Source: an uncultured Actinomycetes bacterium (GTDB lineage: Bacteria; Actinomycetota; UBA4738; HRBIN12). From it: a DNA stretch of 64,000 bases. The notes beneath the pieces were generated by a model that did no database searches, had not been told where the DNA came from, and saw only the letters and a list, made by a program, of their open reading frames with translations. The stretch lies in contig CAVQCI010000003.1 in NCBI GenBank assembly GCA_963710985.1, positions 1,026,096 through 1,090,095 on the forward strand, given 5' to 3'. Positions within the stretch are counted from its first letter, which is position 1; the number at the start of each line of letters is the position of its first letter. A program made the position numbers and the translations under genes. Shown here piece by piece: positions 37,107 to 46,741 of this stretch.

Positions 37107-37200
37107 ATGCAGAGAACTGCGGCGATTGGCGGTGGGCGCATCCGGGTCTCGTTGTGTAGAGGACGTAGTCGCGCTGAACTGTGTCGGGGATGGCAACGGG
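37105..37200 (-). pseudogene. Possible 3'-terminal remnant of a second tyrosine recombinase
   Basis: Translates to ...IPDTVQRDYVLYTTRPGCAHRQSPQFSA then a stop. This resembles, at both nt and aa level, the end of the 49928-50600 integrase (LPDQYDYIASRLNLVHTDATRASRSA, stop). The similarity is weak. Confidence 0.3.
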
Positions 37201-37255
37201 CCAGCATCCGCAGGGTCGTGCTGCGCGCCTCTGGGCGCAGGGTGCAGAGCTCGAC

Positions 37256-37695
37256 CTAACCCTTGAGCACCGAATCGGCTGGTTGGGCGGTGGTTATCGG
37301 ATCGGCGTGCCGATGGACGACCTTCCAGCGGCCGTCCTCCGAGCGGAACACGGTGGTGACGCGGAGGTTCAACGGCGCCACGTCATCCCGTTCGCCGACC
37401 TTGGACTTCAGCCGCTCGACCTCCACGATGTAGGCGAGGTCAGGCGTGACGCACCTGGATACGGCGTCGAAGCCAATGGCCTCTCCATCTTGGTAGTGCG
37501 ACGCGGCACGCGCCATCGCGTCGACGACCTCCGGGAACCCCCGTGCGAAGGGGCCGAAGGGGTTCCCTAGGTCACATCGTCCCGCTGAGAGAACAGCACC
37601 TTGGCGGGCTCGTGATCCCCCTTCATGAAGGCGTCGAGCGCCAGGTGGTAGCGCCCGATGACTTGATCCAAATCAGCGGCCGGGTCGGTAGCCAT
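37256..37695 (-). pseudogene. Decayed paralogue of the SnoaL-like gene
   Basis: High nt identity to 25044-25485. ACCCTGGGGAAC in the intact copy reads ACCTAGGGAAC here, which introduces both a TAG and a 1-nt deletion. Confidence 0.8.
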
Positions 37696-37765
37696 CCGTC
37701 ATCCTTCCCGCTCTTCAGAGGTACCTCGACGCTAGGCGGGCGGCTCCGCCAGGTCAACGCGCAGA

Positions 37766-38053
37766 TCAGACCGCGTCGATCTCGGCCAGGAGCCGGACAA
37801 CCTTCCGGCGCTCCTCGGGGTCAAGCGTGAGGAAGTCGATCATGCCCGCGAGCTCGTCGCCGGCGGTTTCTCGGTATGGAAGCAATGCCGCGACGACGGC
37901 GGCTCGGTCGCCCACATCGCCCATAAGCACGCGACTCAGCAGGTGTCGGGCCTTCGGCGGGAGGTCCGCCAGGGCGGCCCGGAGATCGTCGCTGTCGCGT
38001 GGGTCTCTCACGCCGAGGACGTGTGGATCGCCGTCGTAGGCGTTCATGGCCAT
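37766..38053 (-). CDS. DDLRAAL-family mini-protein (intact copy, 95 aa)
   Basis: DDLRAALADLPPKARHLLSRVLMGDVGDR...IDFLTLDPEERRKVVRLLAEIDAV. Paralogue of 45499-45735. Confidence 0.55.
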   Translation of the reverse strand: MAMNAYDGDPHVLGVRDPRDSDDLRAALADLPPKARHLLSRVLMGDVGDRAAVVAALLPYRETAGDELAGMIDFLTLDPEERRKVVRLLAEIDAV

Positions 38054-38411
38054 CTGGTGGGTATCGGCACGAACGGCCTGTGCTTTCGGGGATCGGGAGG
38101 GTTACCGGGAGCGACTCGCCCACGGTGGACCGAGGGGCCAGCATCGCCATCAGCGATGTCATCGTCTTCGTCCTGAGCTGGGTCGTCGGGCTGATCTTCC
38201 CCCGGAACACTCGTCTCACGACGTGGGCTACCCAACGACGATCCAGGCCACCTTGGTATCCTTCGGGGCCTGCTCGTTCAGGTCGATTGTGGATCCGGCG
38301 GAGGGCACCGCCGCAAGGACGAACACGCCTGCCCGAGCTGCTGGGCTACGGCAATCACACGCTGGTCTTCAACATCCGCACCTTCAACGCGACGGCTACG
38401 ACCCCGACGAG

Positions 38412-38499
38412 CCACGGGAGGGTCGCACCGTGTGTCGCGAGCAGAGGCCGCGACCACCTTGACCGCGTCCCGATTGGTCACCCGGCGCCCGCCGTCTGG
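38412..38499 (+). repeat. att-like hairpin (38412-38436) plus B element (38468-38499)
   Basis: CCACGGGAGGGTCGCACCGTGTGTC, then TCCCGATTGGTCACCCGGCGCCCGCCGTCTGG. The second element is the reverse complement of 49843-49874. Confidence 0.65.
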
Positions 38500-38796
38500 G
38501 GTCCACAGCGGCGGCGCGCGCCCCGGCGCGAGCGGCCGTTTGCTCCAAACCTGGAGCGTCTCGAAAGCTCGAGCCGCCGCCGGTTCTCAAGTTGGGGGGG
38601 CGCGCCTCCGAGACCTAAGGCTCGACGCTCGACAGCTGAAGGCGTGTGAGGTCTGACCGGCCCGTCAGCGTGCAAGACCTCCGGCACTGGCCGGGAGCGC
38701 GGGCGAGAGCTGACGCCGAAACGCTGAGCGGGAGGCGATCGGCTTACGCTCGTTCCGGAGACGCCCGACGCGGAGATCCGTTCCGCGCGCTGAGCG

Positions 38797-39615
38797 CTAC
38801 CGACCCGAAACCGCGTACCGCGCCGGCGTGATCCCCACGTGTCTCCGGAACTGACGCGTGAAGTGCGGTTGGTCGTGGAATCCGACCGCGGCGGCGACCG
38901 ACGCCACCGGCTCGCCGCCGAGCAAGCGCGGCCTCGCCGCGTCGATCCGCCTCGCCGTCAGATAGCGGTGGGGCGCGATGCCGTACGCGCGGCTGAAGCC
39001 CCGGACCAGGTGGGCCGGCGACGCATGGAGCACGCTGCCGGCCTCCGCGAGGGTGACCGTCCCGAACAGATGGTCGTCGAGGAAGTCGCGGAGCTCGGCG
39101 GCGAGGATCGCCTCGGGCCGGTCGTCGCTCGTTCGCGGCGGCGCTCCAAGGTGCCGCAGGATCGACGCGCACGCCGTGGTGACGAGCGACTCCGCCTCGA
39201 GCGGATCGTGCGGGCCCGACAGTACGGTGTGGATCGACCGGATCCCCCTGACGACGCCACTGTCCTCCACATCCGGACGGTCCACCGCGCGCCCGGTCCA
39301 CCGCTCGTCGAGCAACTCGGTCCCCACGTAGAGCACGCGCTTCCGATAGCCGCTCGTGCCCGCGGCGCGCCCGTCGTGCACGACGTGGGGTGGTAGGAGC
39401 GTCACACGTGCGCCGGCGGCACCCCGATGCGAACGCTCAAGGTCGTAGCGGATCGCGCCCTCGTCGACGATGAACACCGTCCACGCGTCGTGGGTGTGCG
39501 ACGGATACGCATGATCCACGAATCGGGCGTGGAACACCTCACGGATCCCCGGAACGTCCGGCCGCCACGCGCGGACCCACTCGCGCTGCCCACTCACCAC
39601 GCAAAGAACGTACAA
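38797..39615 (-). CDS. AraC-family transcriptional regulator with cupin-like N-domain
   Basis: C-terminal HTH pair (TLAEAGSVLHASPAHLVRGFSRAYGIAPHRYL...GFHDQPHFTRQFRRHVGITPARY). Confidence 0.85.
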   Translation of the reverse strand: MYVLCVVSGQREWVRAWRPDVPGIREVFHARFVDHAYPSHTHDAWTVFIVDEGAIRYDLERSHRGAAGARVTLLPPHVVHDGRAAGTSGYRKRVLYVGTELLDERWTGRAVDRPDVEDSGVVRGIRSIHTVLSGPHDPLEAESLVTTACASILRHLGAPPRTSDDRPEAILAAELRDFLDDHLFGTVTLAEAGSVLHASPAHLVRGFSRAYGIAPHRYLTARRIDAARPRLLGGEPVASVAAAVGFHDQPHFTRQFRRHVGITPARYAVSGR

Positions 39616-39648
39616 GACCTCGCACGACTTCTGCGGTTCGATCGTGGC

Positions 39649-40230
39649 GTGACGGACCTCGTGGCGGTGGTGACGTTCGCCTTCGCTGGCTCCGCGTCGC
39701 CCGGGCCTAACAACACCGTGCTGTGGGCCTCAGGCATGCGCTTCGGGTTCGCCCGCACGATCCCGCACGTGGTCGGCACCGTCGTCGGCATCGGGGCTCT
39801 GCTGGTCGCCGTCTCGCTCGGACTCGGCGCCCTGCTGCAAGCGGCGCCGCAGGTGGAGGTGGCGCTCAAGGTCGGAGGCTCGGTGTACCTCCTCTACGTG
39901 GCCTATCTCGTGGCGGGCAGTGGCGCGATCGGACAGGGCGATGCCACCCGGCCCCTCGGGTCGCGTCGAGCCGTCGTCTTTCAATGGAGCAACCCGAAGG
40001 CGTGGGTGTTCGCGATCGCCGCCGTCGGCTCGTTCGTGCCTGTCACGACGGTCCAAGGGGTGACCGTCTTCGTGGTCGTCGTCTCCGCGGTCGTCGCGGT
40101 GTCATCGGCCATCTGGGCGGCTGGGGGCACGGCGCTCGGCCGCGTGGTGAACGACGATCGCGGGCGCCGGATAGCGAGCATCGTCCTGGCCCTGCTACTG
40201 GTCGCGTCCGTCGTGCTCATCTGGGTCTGA
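39649..40230 (+). CDS. LysE/RhtB-family amino-acid exporter
   Basis: GSASPGPNNTVLWASG, NPKAWVF and six hydrophobic helices. A GTG start was chosen, divergent from the AraC gene. Confidence 0.75.
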   Translation: MTDLVAVVTFAFAGSASPGPNNTVLWASGMRFGFARTIPHVVGTVVGIGALLVAVSLGLGALLQAAPQVEVALKVGGSVYLLYVAYLVAGSGAIGQGDATRPLGSRRAVVFQWSNPKAWVFAIAAVGSFVPVTTVQGVTVFVVVVSAVVAVSSAIWAAGGTALGRVVNDDRGRRIASIVLALLLVASVVLIWV

Positions 40231-40365
40231 GTCGGCGGCGACCCCTAGGCGAGGGCGGAGACCCCTGCACGCCACGCGGCGTCGAGGTTCGCCCCGGCGC
40301 GGCACGCTAGAGGGCCAAACTGTTCACGCGCCCCAGCGTCCGCGGCTGCTCTGAGTCGTCTACGT

Positions 40366-40455
40366 GGAGCTTTGTCGGCGGCTCGAGAAGGAGGCGGACC
40401 CGGCTATTCGAGGGGGAGGAGTCGGTCCACCATTTGACGGGCTGGGGTGGGGTGG
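40366..40455 (+). repeat. Repeat family 3, copy 1
   Basis: GGCGGACCCGGCTATTCGAGGGGGAGGAGTCGGTCCAC plus GGGCTGGGGTGGGG, shared with 41231-41306 and 45389-45488(-). Confidence 0.7.
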
Positions 40456-40490
40456 TGGGCGTCGGGCGGCCGTTTCGTGGTCCAGTGAGC

Positions 40491-41171
40491 TTATTCACTG
40501 TGCGTCCGCCTGCGGCGGCGCTGCAAGACCTCGTGGAATGGGATGAGCAGATACAGCGCGATCGCGAGGTAGAGGAAGACCGCCAGCCGGGGCGCGAGCA
40601 AGCCGATCGCGATCGCCGCCGCGTAGAACCCGAGACTGGGGGTCAGCTTCTTTGTGACCTCCTGCACCTCGTCTTGGGGATGCTCGCCCGAGAGCATCCC
40701 TTCGCCGACCGCGTGGCGCCACACGACGCTCGTCATGGCCGACATCGCAAGCAGGTTGATCCCGTAGATCGTGACCGCGATTCGCTCGGGCCCGAAGTCC
40801 CCCATGAACTCCGCGAGCATCTTCGTGGGGAACGGGAGAACCGAGACGAAGAAGAGCAGGAGAAGGTTGAGCCGCAGCAGGACGGAGTCCACCCGCTCGA
40901 GATGGTTCGTGATGATCGAGTGAGCGATCCACACTGCGCCAACCGATGCAAAGCTCACGAAGTAGGCCACGTAGACTGGCCACTGATCGAGGAGCGCGTG
41001 CCCAACCCCGCTGCCGGGTTCGGGGACGGCAAGGTCGAGCACGAGCAGCGTGATCGCGATAGCGAAGACGCCATCGCTGAACGCCTCCATCCGACCGGGA
41101 CGGAGCCACCGGCTGCCACTCTCGGGCGATGGGTCGTTGCTCACAGGCCGAAGATAGCGGTCCTCGGACAA
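40491..41171 (-). CDS. TMEM175/DUF1211-family putative potassium channel
   Basis: RMEAFSDGVFAIAITLLVLDL, with a second RxxxFSD-like repeat region and six TM helices. Confidence 0.75.
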   Translation of the reverse strand: MSEDRYLRPVSNDPSPESGSRWLRPGRMEAFSDGVFAIAITLLVLDLAVPEPGSGVGHALLDQWPVYVAYFVSFASVGAVWIAHSIITNHLERVDSVLLRLNLLLLFFVSVLPFPTKMLAEFMGDFGPERIAVTIYGINLLAMSAMTSVVWRHAVGEGMLSGEHPQDEVQEVTKKLTPSLGFYAAAIAIGLLAPRLAVFLYLAIALYLLIPFHEVLQRRRRRTHSE

Positions 41172-41230
41172 GGGCGTTGCCGACAGGCGAGGCTTGCCTC
41201 CCTGGCCGAACTGTTGGTCGTCCCCTCGTT

Positions 41231-41306
41231 GTGTACAGATAAGGAACGTTGTCCGCGGCTCGATAGGGTGGCGGACCGGCTATTCGAGGGGGAGGAGTCG
41301 GTCCAC
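41231..41306 (+). repeat. Repeat family 3, copy 2
   Basis: GTGTACAGATAAGGAACGTTGTCCGCGGCTCGATAGGGTGGCGGACCGGCTATTCGAGGGGGAGGAGTCGGTCCAC, 173 nt upstream of the ECF sigma gene. Confidence 0.75.
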
Positions 41307-41478
41307 TATCTGATGGGAAGGGATAGGCCTTCGGAATCGGAGTTCGTGTCCCTTCACTTGCTGCGGGTGACCAACTCTGGAGACCCCAGGCGGCTGGGCA
41401 CCGGGCGATTCCAGGTCTGGGTGTGACGCTGAAGCACCTTCCAAGCACATCTAGAGGAAGGAAGGATGATGTCGTCAC

Positions 41479-41943
41479 GTGGAGCTCGAGGATGTCTTCA
41501 GGACCTATCAGCGTCCCGTCTTCACGTACTTCTATCGGGTGGTGGGAAGGCGTGATGCCGCCGAGGAGCTCACGCAGGAGACCTTCGCCCGCGCGTGCTC
41601 GGCGGTTGTGCGCTACCGCGGTGATGGCCCGATCTCGCACTGGCTGTTCGCGATCGCGCGCCGGGTGCTGCTGGAGGCATCACGGAAGGGGCTCTTCGAC
41701 CGCCCGCTCGAGCTCGACCCCGACGTCCCCGCCCAGGAGATCGATCATGCCGCCCGCTTGGATCTTGAAGCGGCCTTCGCGATGCTCCGCCCCCTTGATC
41801 GCGAGGCGCTCATTCTCGTCGATTACCTTGGGTACGAGCCGATCGAGGCGGCGCGGCTCACCGGCGTGGAGGGGTCGGCGTTCCGCATGCGCCTGCTCCG
41901 CGCGCGCACTCGTTTGCGCGAGCTCGTGGAGGATGGCGGATGA
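41479..41943 (+). CDS. ECF-type RNA polymerase sigma factor
   Basis: GTG start. Region 2 (FTYFYRVVGRRDAAEELTQETF, HWLFAIA) and region 4 (LRPLDREALILVDYLGYEPIEAARLTG). Confidence 0.85.
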   Translation: MELEDVFRTYQRPVFTYFYRVVGRRDAAEELTQETFARACSAVVRYRGDGPISHWLFAIARRVLLEASRKGLFDRPLELDPDVPAQEIDHAARLDLEAAFAMLRPLDREALILVDYLGYEPIEAARLTGVEGSAFRMRLLRARTRLRELVEDGG

Positions 41944-42464
41944 GTGATGAGCGTGCGATCGATCTGCGCGGGCTCGATGCCGCGACCCCCGAGGTGGCTC
42001 GTGCCGCGATCGAGCGGTTCCGTCGGCGCATCGTCGTGTTCATCGCGTGGCTGGTCGTGTTCGCCCTGGCAGGAACGGCTATCGTCGCCGACACGATCCA
42101 TAAGCGCACCCACGACCCAGCCGTGCTCGTCGCGACCGGCGCGTCGATCAACACCCATGTCGGTGACTATCGGGTCGGCGTGATCGACGTTGGCCTCCTG
42201 AAGGTGGTCGAGGAAGTAGACGACCATTTCGGTGTATCCCTCGGGTTCCAGTTCGTCTTCCACTCTGACGAGCCGCTGCCCGGACGATGCTGCAACCTCT
42301 ATCCGAGGCAGGCGCAGAACACCAGAGATGTCGTTGCCGAGCCCGGCGCGAGGTTCGCGCAGCAGATCGTCGATCTTGCCAGCGTCGTACACGAGTCCGA
42401 CCGGCACGATCGACATGCTCTTGACGGACGGAGCTGGGCACAAGCTCGGCAGATTCACCGTTGA
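41940..42464 (+). CDS. Single-pass membrane protein, putative anti-sigma factor
   Basis: ATGA overlap with the sigma gene. One TM helix (IVVFIAWLVVFALAGTAIV). The C-terminal part is unassigned. Confidence 0.5.
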   Translation: MSDERAIDLRGLDAATPEVARAAIERFRRRIVVFIAWLVVFALAGTAIVADTIHKRTHDPAVLVATGASINTHVGDYRVGVIDVGLLKVVEEVDDHFGVSLGFQFVFHSDEPLPGRCCNLYPRQAQNTRDVVAEPGARFAQQIVDLASVVHESDRHDRHALDGRSWAQARQIHR

Positions 42465-42503
42465 TCTGCCCGCGTTGGGCATCAGAGGGTTCATGGGGGG
42501 CTG

Positions 42504-42947
42504 ATGGACGACTCGCTCCGCGGTACCGACCGGGTAACCCTGCGGGCATGGCACCTGCTCAACGTGCTCGGGTGGTCGGTGCTTGCGATCCTGTTGGCCA
42601 CGTTCCTGCGGATCGGCTTCGAGTCCGCCGCGGACCTTTTCGGCTCGCGTTCGCTGATGGACGTGAGCGACTGGCTCACCTACTGGGAGTATGCCGCTCT
42701 GGTGCTCGTGCCCTCCTCTGTCGTGTGCGGCCTGTTCATCGGCTCTTTGATCGGTGCGAAGGTCGCCTGGAGACCGATCTGGGTAAGCGTGGCCGCGGCC
42801 GGCATCTTCGCCGCCTGGAACTGGTACGTGATGAGCGTCGAGCCCATCCCGCACGGTGGAGCGATCAAGTTCATCGATGCCGTGCTGGTGTCGTTGACCG
42901 TGATCGTCGCTGTGGTCGTGGCAGCGCAACGTGCTGGACGCATCTGA
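42504..42947 (+). CDS. Hypothetical integral membrane protein
   Basis: 147 aa with four hydrophobic helices. Confidence 0.55.
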   Translation: MDDSLRGTDRVTLRAWHLLNVLGWSVLAILLATFLRIGFESAADLFGSRSLMDVSDWLTYWEYAALVLVPSSVVCGLFIGSLIGAKVAWRPIWVSVAAAGIFAAWNWYVMSVEPIPHGGAIKFIDAVLVSLTVIVAVVVAAQRAGRI

Positions 42948-43138
42948 ATCGGAGTCCGGTGCGGTGTTGTTCGCGCGTGATTCCTGCCCCTTACGGAGCC
43001 GGTGTGAATCCGGAGGGCGGTTGCCGCTCCGCCGGCGGGACGCGGCGCCGAGCGGCGCCTCGCGAACCCGCTGACACGGCCATGGGTCGCCTTGAAGCAC
43101 GAATCGGGCAACCGTGTGTCCCCCGATGGTCTTCGCGC

Positions 43139-44125
43139 TCAGGCTTCAGCGACCGTGACCACGACCTTCCCCTTGGGGTGGCCGTCCTCCAGATAGCGCA
43201 TCGCCTCGGGCGTCTGGCTCAGGGGATACGTGCGATCGATCACCGGAATCAGCTCACCCTTCTCGATCATGGTTGCGAGGGTCTCGAGATCGGGGCCGTT
43301 CGAGTGGCTCCCAACCGAGCGCAACCGCTGCCCAACGAACGGTGAGACGAGGACTCCGCGAGTGCCGATGCTGCCGGGACCGAGCAGCCCGCCGTGCTGC
43401 GAGCCTCCGACCGCCGCCAGGGTCCCTTGGCGGTTGAGCGTCCGCCGAAGCTTGCCCAAGGAGTGCGTTCCTCCGATGTTCACGACGAGGTCATAGGTGC
43501 GCCCCGCATCGATCGGATCATCGACGGTGTAGTCGATGACCTCATCTGCGCCGAGGGACCGGACCAGCTCGACGGCGCCCGGGCTACAGGAGGCGGTGAC
43601 CTTCCCGCCGAGCGCATGAGCGATCTGCACGGCGAAGGTCCCCACGCCGCCGGAGGCGCCGTTGATCAGCACGGTCTGGCCCCCCTGGAGGCGGCCGTCG
43701 TCGCGAACCGCCACCAGTGCGGTCACACCAGCCATCGGCACGGCGGCGGCCTGCTCGAACGTGAGCCCGGAGGGCATAGCCCCGGCTCGATCCTCGGGGA
43801 CCACGACGAGTTCCGCGCACCCACCCTTCATCATCGATTCGGCATACACCGAGTCATCGGGTGAGAAGCGGGAGACCTCGTCGCCCACGCTTTCGACGAT
43901 GCCAGCGACGTCCGAGCCGATGATCATCGGGTGACGGGGTTTGCGCAGCCCCGTGGCGATCCGAGCGAGGAACGGGTCCGCGCGCATGATGTGCCAGTCG
44001 GCCGCGTTGAGGCTGCTCGCTCGAACCCGGATCGCGATGTCCTTCGGGCCAGGAACCTTCGCCTCGATCTCCTCGTACGCCAGCACGTCCGGCGATCCAT
44101 AGCGCCGATAGACCCAAGCCTTCAT
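43139..44125 (-). CDS. NAD(P)-dependent MDR-family alcohol dehydrogenase/quinone oxidoreductase
   Basis: IIGSDVAGIVESVG, LINGASGGVGTFAVQIA and C-terminal GHPKGKVVV. Confidence 0.85.
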   Translation of the reverse strand: MKAWVYRRYGSPDVLAYEEIEAKVPGPKDIAIRVRASSLNAADWHIMRADPFLARIATGLRKPRHPMIIGSDVAGIVESVGDEVSRFSPDDSVYAESMMKGGCAELVVVPEDRAGAMPSGLTFEQAAAVPMAGVTALVAVRDDGRLQGGQTVLINGASGGVGTFAVQIAHALGGKVTASCSPGAVELVRSLGADEVIDYTVDDPIDAGRTYDLVVNIGGTHSLGKLRRTLNRQGTLAAVGGSQHGGLLGPGSIGTRGVLVSPFVGQRLRSVGSHSNGPDLETLATMIEKGELIPVIDRTYPLSQTPEAMRYLEDGHPKGKVVVTVAEA

Positions 44126-44171
44126 CCGTCACTCCTCGTGGCCATGCCAGGACCCTAGCCTGGTGTCGTCC

Positions 44172-44708
44172 TCACAGGGAGACCTGCTCCTGTCTCCGAG
44201 CGCCTCCACCCGAGGCCTGTCGGTTGACGTGCCGCACCCGCAGGCACCGATCGACGCGGAAGCGGCGGAGCCTCACCTGCTCGTCGGCCGGGAGTGCGTC
44301 AGCCACCTCGGCGGTCCGGACGAGCTCCGGTCGATCGACCTCGTAGGTCTGCCCTTCCGTGACGAGCGTGGCGGAACCGCTCGCGAGCACGTTCTTGAGC
44401 CAGTCCGTCTCGGTGCCGTAGGGGAGCGCGATCACGAAGCCGTCGTCGGTGGGGAACGGCCCGACGGGTGTCTCGTACGCCCTTCCCGAGGTCCGGCCCG
44501 TGTGGCGGATCACGCCCGCGAACGCACCGGGCGTGCCCGCCGATCGCATCTGTCGAGGGTTCATCACGGCTAGGTTCATCCGGCGGACCGCGTTGAGCAC
44601 CGGCGGGAACTTCGTCCGCATCCCCAGCAGGAACGCGAGTGCGAGCACCCCCAGAACGACGACCAACGCCCCCACGACCGTCAAGAGTCCGATCCCACGA
44701 TCGGCCAC
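44172..44708 (-). CDS. Deazaflavin-dependent nitroreductase-family protein (DUF385-like) with an N-terminal TM helix
   Basis: IRHTGRTSGRAYETPVGPF, YGTETDWLKNVLASG. The start is uncertain (GTG at 44708 after GGAGGAGG, or ATG at 44621). Confidence 0.65.
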   Translation of the reverse strand: MADRGIGLLTVVGALVVVLGVLALAFLLGMRTKFPPVLNAVRRMNLAVMNPRQMRSAGTPGAFAGVIRHTGRTSGRAYETPVGPFPTDDGFVIALPYGTETDWLKNVLASGSATLVTEGQTYEVDRPELVRTAEVADALPADEQVRLRRFRVDRCLRVRHVNRQASGGGARRQEQVSL

Positions 44709-44837
44709 CTCCTCCTCTGTCCTCAACCTCGCAGACCTCGGCGGGTTCCAGGGCGGCCAACCGCCCTTCGGGACGAGGGTCCTCCTGACCCTCGCTTCGC
44801 GTCCGGCCCTGCGCCCGGTCGAGCCGAGGCCCTCCCC

Positions 44838-44867
44838 GTCCGCGGACAACGCTCCTTATCCGTATAC
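44838..44867 (-). repeat. Repeat family 3, partial copy 4
   Basis: The reverse complement GTATACGGATAAGGAGCGTTGTCCGCGGAC matches the 5' part of 41231-41260. It lies upstream of the DUF385 gene. Confidence 0.55.
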
Positions 44868-44872
44868 CGACA

Positions 44873-45439
44873 GTGCCTAGGGCTACGAGCCCGTTCGTTG
44901 TCAGGGGGCCCCATCTCTATGCTTCGAGCGTGGCTCTAAGCATCGGCGTGTATCGCGTCTCAGACCGGGAGTTCGTTAGGCGTGCACCCCCTGTGAACTC
45001 AGCCGAGTTCGACGCATGGTTTGCTCGATGCGTGGAACTGGAGCTCTTCGACGCACCACTCGGCGGGTCCGCCGCGATCCACAAGTATTGGGCTAGTCCC
45101 TCGACCATGCTCGGACTTCGGCTGTTGGCCTCCCTATCCGACGAGTTCCTCGAAGTAGAGGGCCCCGATCTCGCCGAGCTCCTCCAAGAGACGCACCAGC
45201 TCGAGCAGTACTGGGTCGAATCGGTCGATCCCACGGCCGGGGTGACCCTGACGATCTACGGTCACAACCTTCAGGTGCCAATGCTCCACCATCTGTCCGA
45301 TCGAGCGGAGTCCCTTCGGGCAGCGATTCCGCGTCGCCCGAACCTGCGGAGGCTTCCTGACAATCTCCTAAGCGTGCAGCCCGAGCGCCGCCCCACCCCA
45401 GCCCATCAAGATGCAGGTCGGCTCCTCCCCCTCGAATAG
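44873..45439 (+). CDS. Hypothetical protein (orphan ORF, no family recognised)
   Basis: 188-aa ORF with a GTG start. The acidic helical segment LSDEFLEVEGPDLAELLQETHQLEQYWVESVDP looks protein-like. Its 3' end runs into a repeat copy. Confidence 0.35.
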   Translation: MPRATSPFVVRGPHLYASSVALSIGVYRVSDREFVRRAPPVNSAEFDAWFARCVELELFDAPLGGSAAIHKYWASPSTMLGLRLLASLSDEFLEVEGPDLAELLQETHQLEQYWVESVDPTAGVTLTIYGHNLQVPMLHHLSDRAESLRAAIPRRPNLRRLPDNLLSVQPERRPTPAHQDAGRLLPLE

Positions 45440-45488
45440 CCGGTCCGCCACCTTTTCGAGCCGCGGATAACGTTCCTTATCTGTACAC
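45389..45488 (-). repeat. Repeat family 3, copy 3 (inverted relative to copy 2)
   Basis: The reverse complement reads GTGTACAGATAAGGAACGTTATCCGCGGCTCGAAAAGGTGGCGGACCGGCTATTCGAGGGGGAGGAGCCGACC...GGGCTGGGGTGGGG. Confidence 0.75.
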
Positions 45489-45498
45489 AGGTGAAGCG

Positions 45499-45735
45499 CT
45501 AACCCGCCGCGTCCACCTCGGCCAGCAGCCGTACCATCGTGCGGCGAGCCTCGGGGTACAGCGTGCAGAGGTCGATCACGTCCGAGAGTCCGTCGCCGGC
45601 CTCGTCGCGGTAGCGGCGCAGCCGGTAGGAGACCTCGTCACGGTCGGCCTGGTCGCCGACCAGGACGCGGCGCAGCAGGTCGCGGGACTTCGGCGGCAGT
45701 GTCTTCGCCAGCGCGGCGCGGAGGTCGTCGGTCAT
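45499..45735 (-). CDS. DDLRAAL-family mini-protein (intact copy, 78 aa)
   Basis: MTDDLRAALAKTLPPKSRDLLRRVLVGDQADRDEVSYRLRRYRDEAGDGLSDVIDLCTLYPEARRTMVRLLAEVDAAG. This is the reference copy for the N- and C-fragments elsewhere. Confidence 0.6.
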   Translation of the reverse strand: MTDDLRAALAKTLPPKSRDLLRRVLVGDQADRDEVSYRLRRYRDEAGDGLSDVIDLCTLYPEARRTMVRLLAEVDAAG

Positions 45736-45794
45736 CGAAGGCCGCTGAGATCTTGCTCGCCAGGCTTCCCGGAACCAACTGACGGAGCGCGGCA

Positions 45795-46136
45795 TCAAGA
45801 GTCCCGCGAGGATGACACAGCCGGGAACGACGCTGGACCGGGCGAGGACGCTCCCGGCCCAGCGGTCCTCCAAGTCAGGAGGTACCACGCGGTGGACACA
45901 ACAAGGGGCCAGCGAGGGCGAGGCCCAGGAGGTATCCCGAGGCGATCCCCTTCCCACAACGCCCAGCCGGCAACACACATCGCGGCCGTCAGCGCGAGTG
46001 CACGGAGCACGAAGGTGAGCGAATAGCCAGAACAACTGACGGTGATGAGGAAGAGCCACACCCGCCAGACCGTGAGGAGGAAGAGCACGCCCGCGACGAG
46101 CTGCACGTACCACGGCTTCTCGTACCGCATGGACAC
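45795..46136 (-). CDS. Hypothetical membrane protein (possibly truncated or frameshifted)
   Basis: The N-terminus has three hydrophobic helices. Further hydrophobic segments continue in another frame. Confidence 0.35.
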   Translation of the reverse strand: MSMRYEKPWYVQLVAGVLFLLTVWRVWLFLITVSCSGYSLTFVLRALALTAAMCVAGWALWEGDRLGIPPGPRPRWPLVVSTAWYLLTWRTAGPGASSPGPASFPAVSSSRDS

Positions 46137-46347
46137 ACTCTAGGCCGGGCGGGAGTCCTCCTGTGTGGGATGGGCAGAGGCCTGCTGTCCGCGCGACCCA
46201 CGAACGTCTGCGGCCACCCGTTCAGTCTCAGCCAGCATCCTCAACTGGACGAGGGCGAGCCGCTCCGCCGGTCCTGGCCGGTGTGGGCGTGCGACTCTCG
46301 ACGCCAGGGCTGTGCCTCACAAGCATGGGCGCCGGGAGGTGGGCAAC

Positions 46348-46741
46348 GTGCGTAAGACGATTCCGCTGGTTCTCGTGGTCGCCCTCGCGGTCCTCGTGGC
46401 ACCGCACGCGAGTGCCAGTGTGCCCGAGAAGGGGTGTCCTGGCCCTACGGCATCGGTCTGGAACGAGGTCGACTACGTCACGTCGGGTGACTACACGACG
46501 ACGTCGTTCTTCGACTGGTACTGGCACGTCGGCGAAGGTGCGGCGATCGACGCGTTCAGGGCACTCGAACCCGATTGGACCGACGCGCAGAATCTACTTC
46601 TACGGCGCGCAAGGCCTCACGGCGATCGACAACAACGCCGATCACCTCGTTTGCGTGACGTGGGAACACATCGGCGGGAACCCTGGTCGACCCGACCAGT
46701 GGATCTCCGTCGTCGATAACAACTCCGCGACGTCTCAGTAG
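46348..46741 (+). pseudogene. Small secreted protein, frameshifted near 46590
   Basis: GGGAGG lies 8 nt before the GTG. Signal peptide VRKTIPLVLVVALAVLVAPHASA. The reading continues in another frame as IYFYGAQGLTAIDNNADHLVCVTWEH. Confidence 0.55.
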
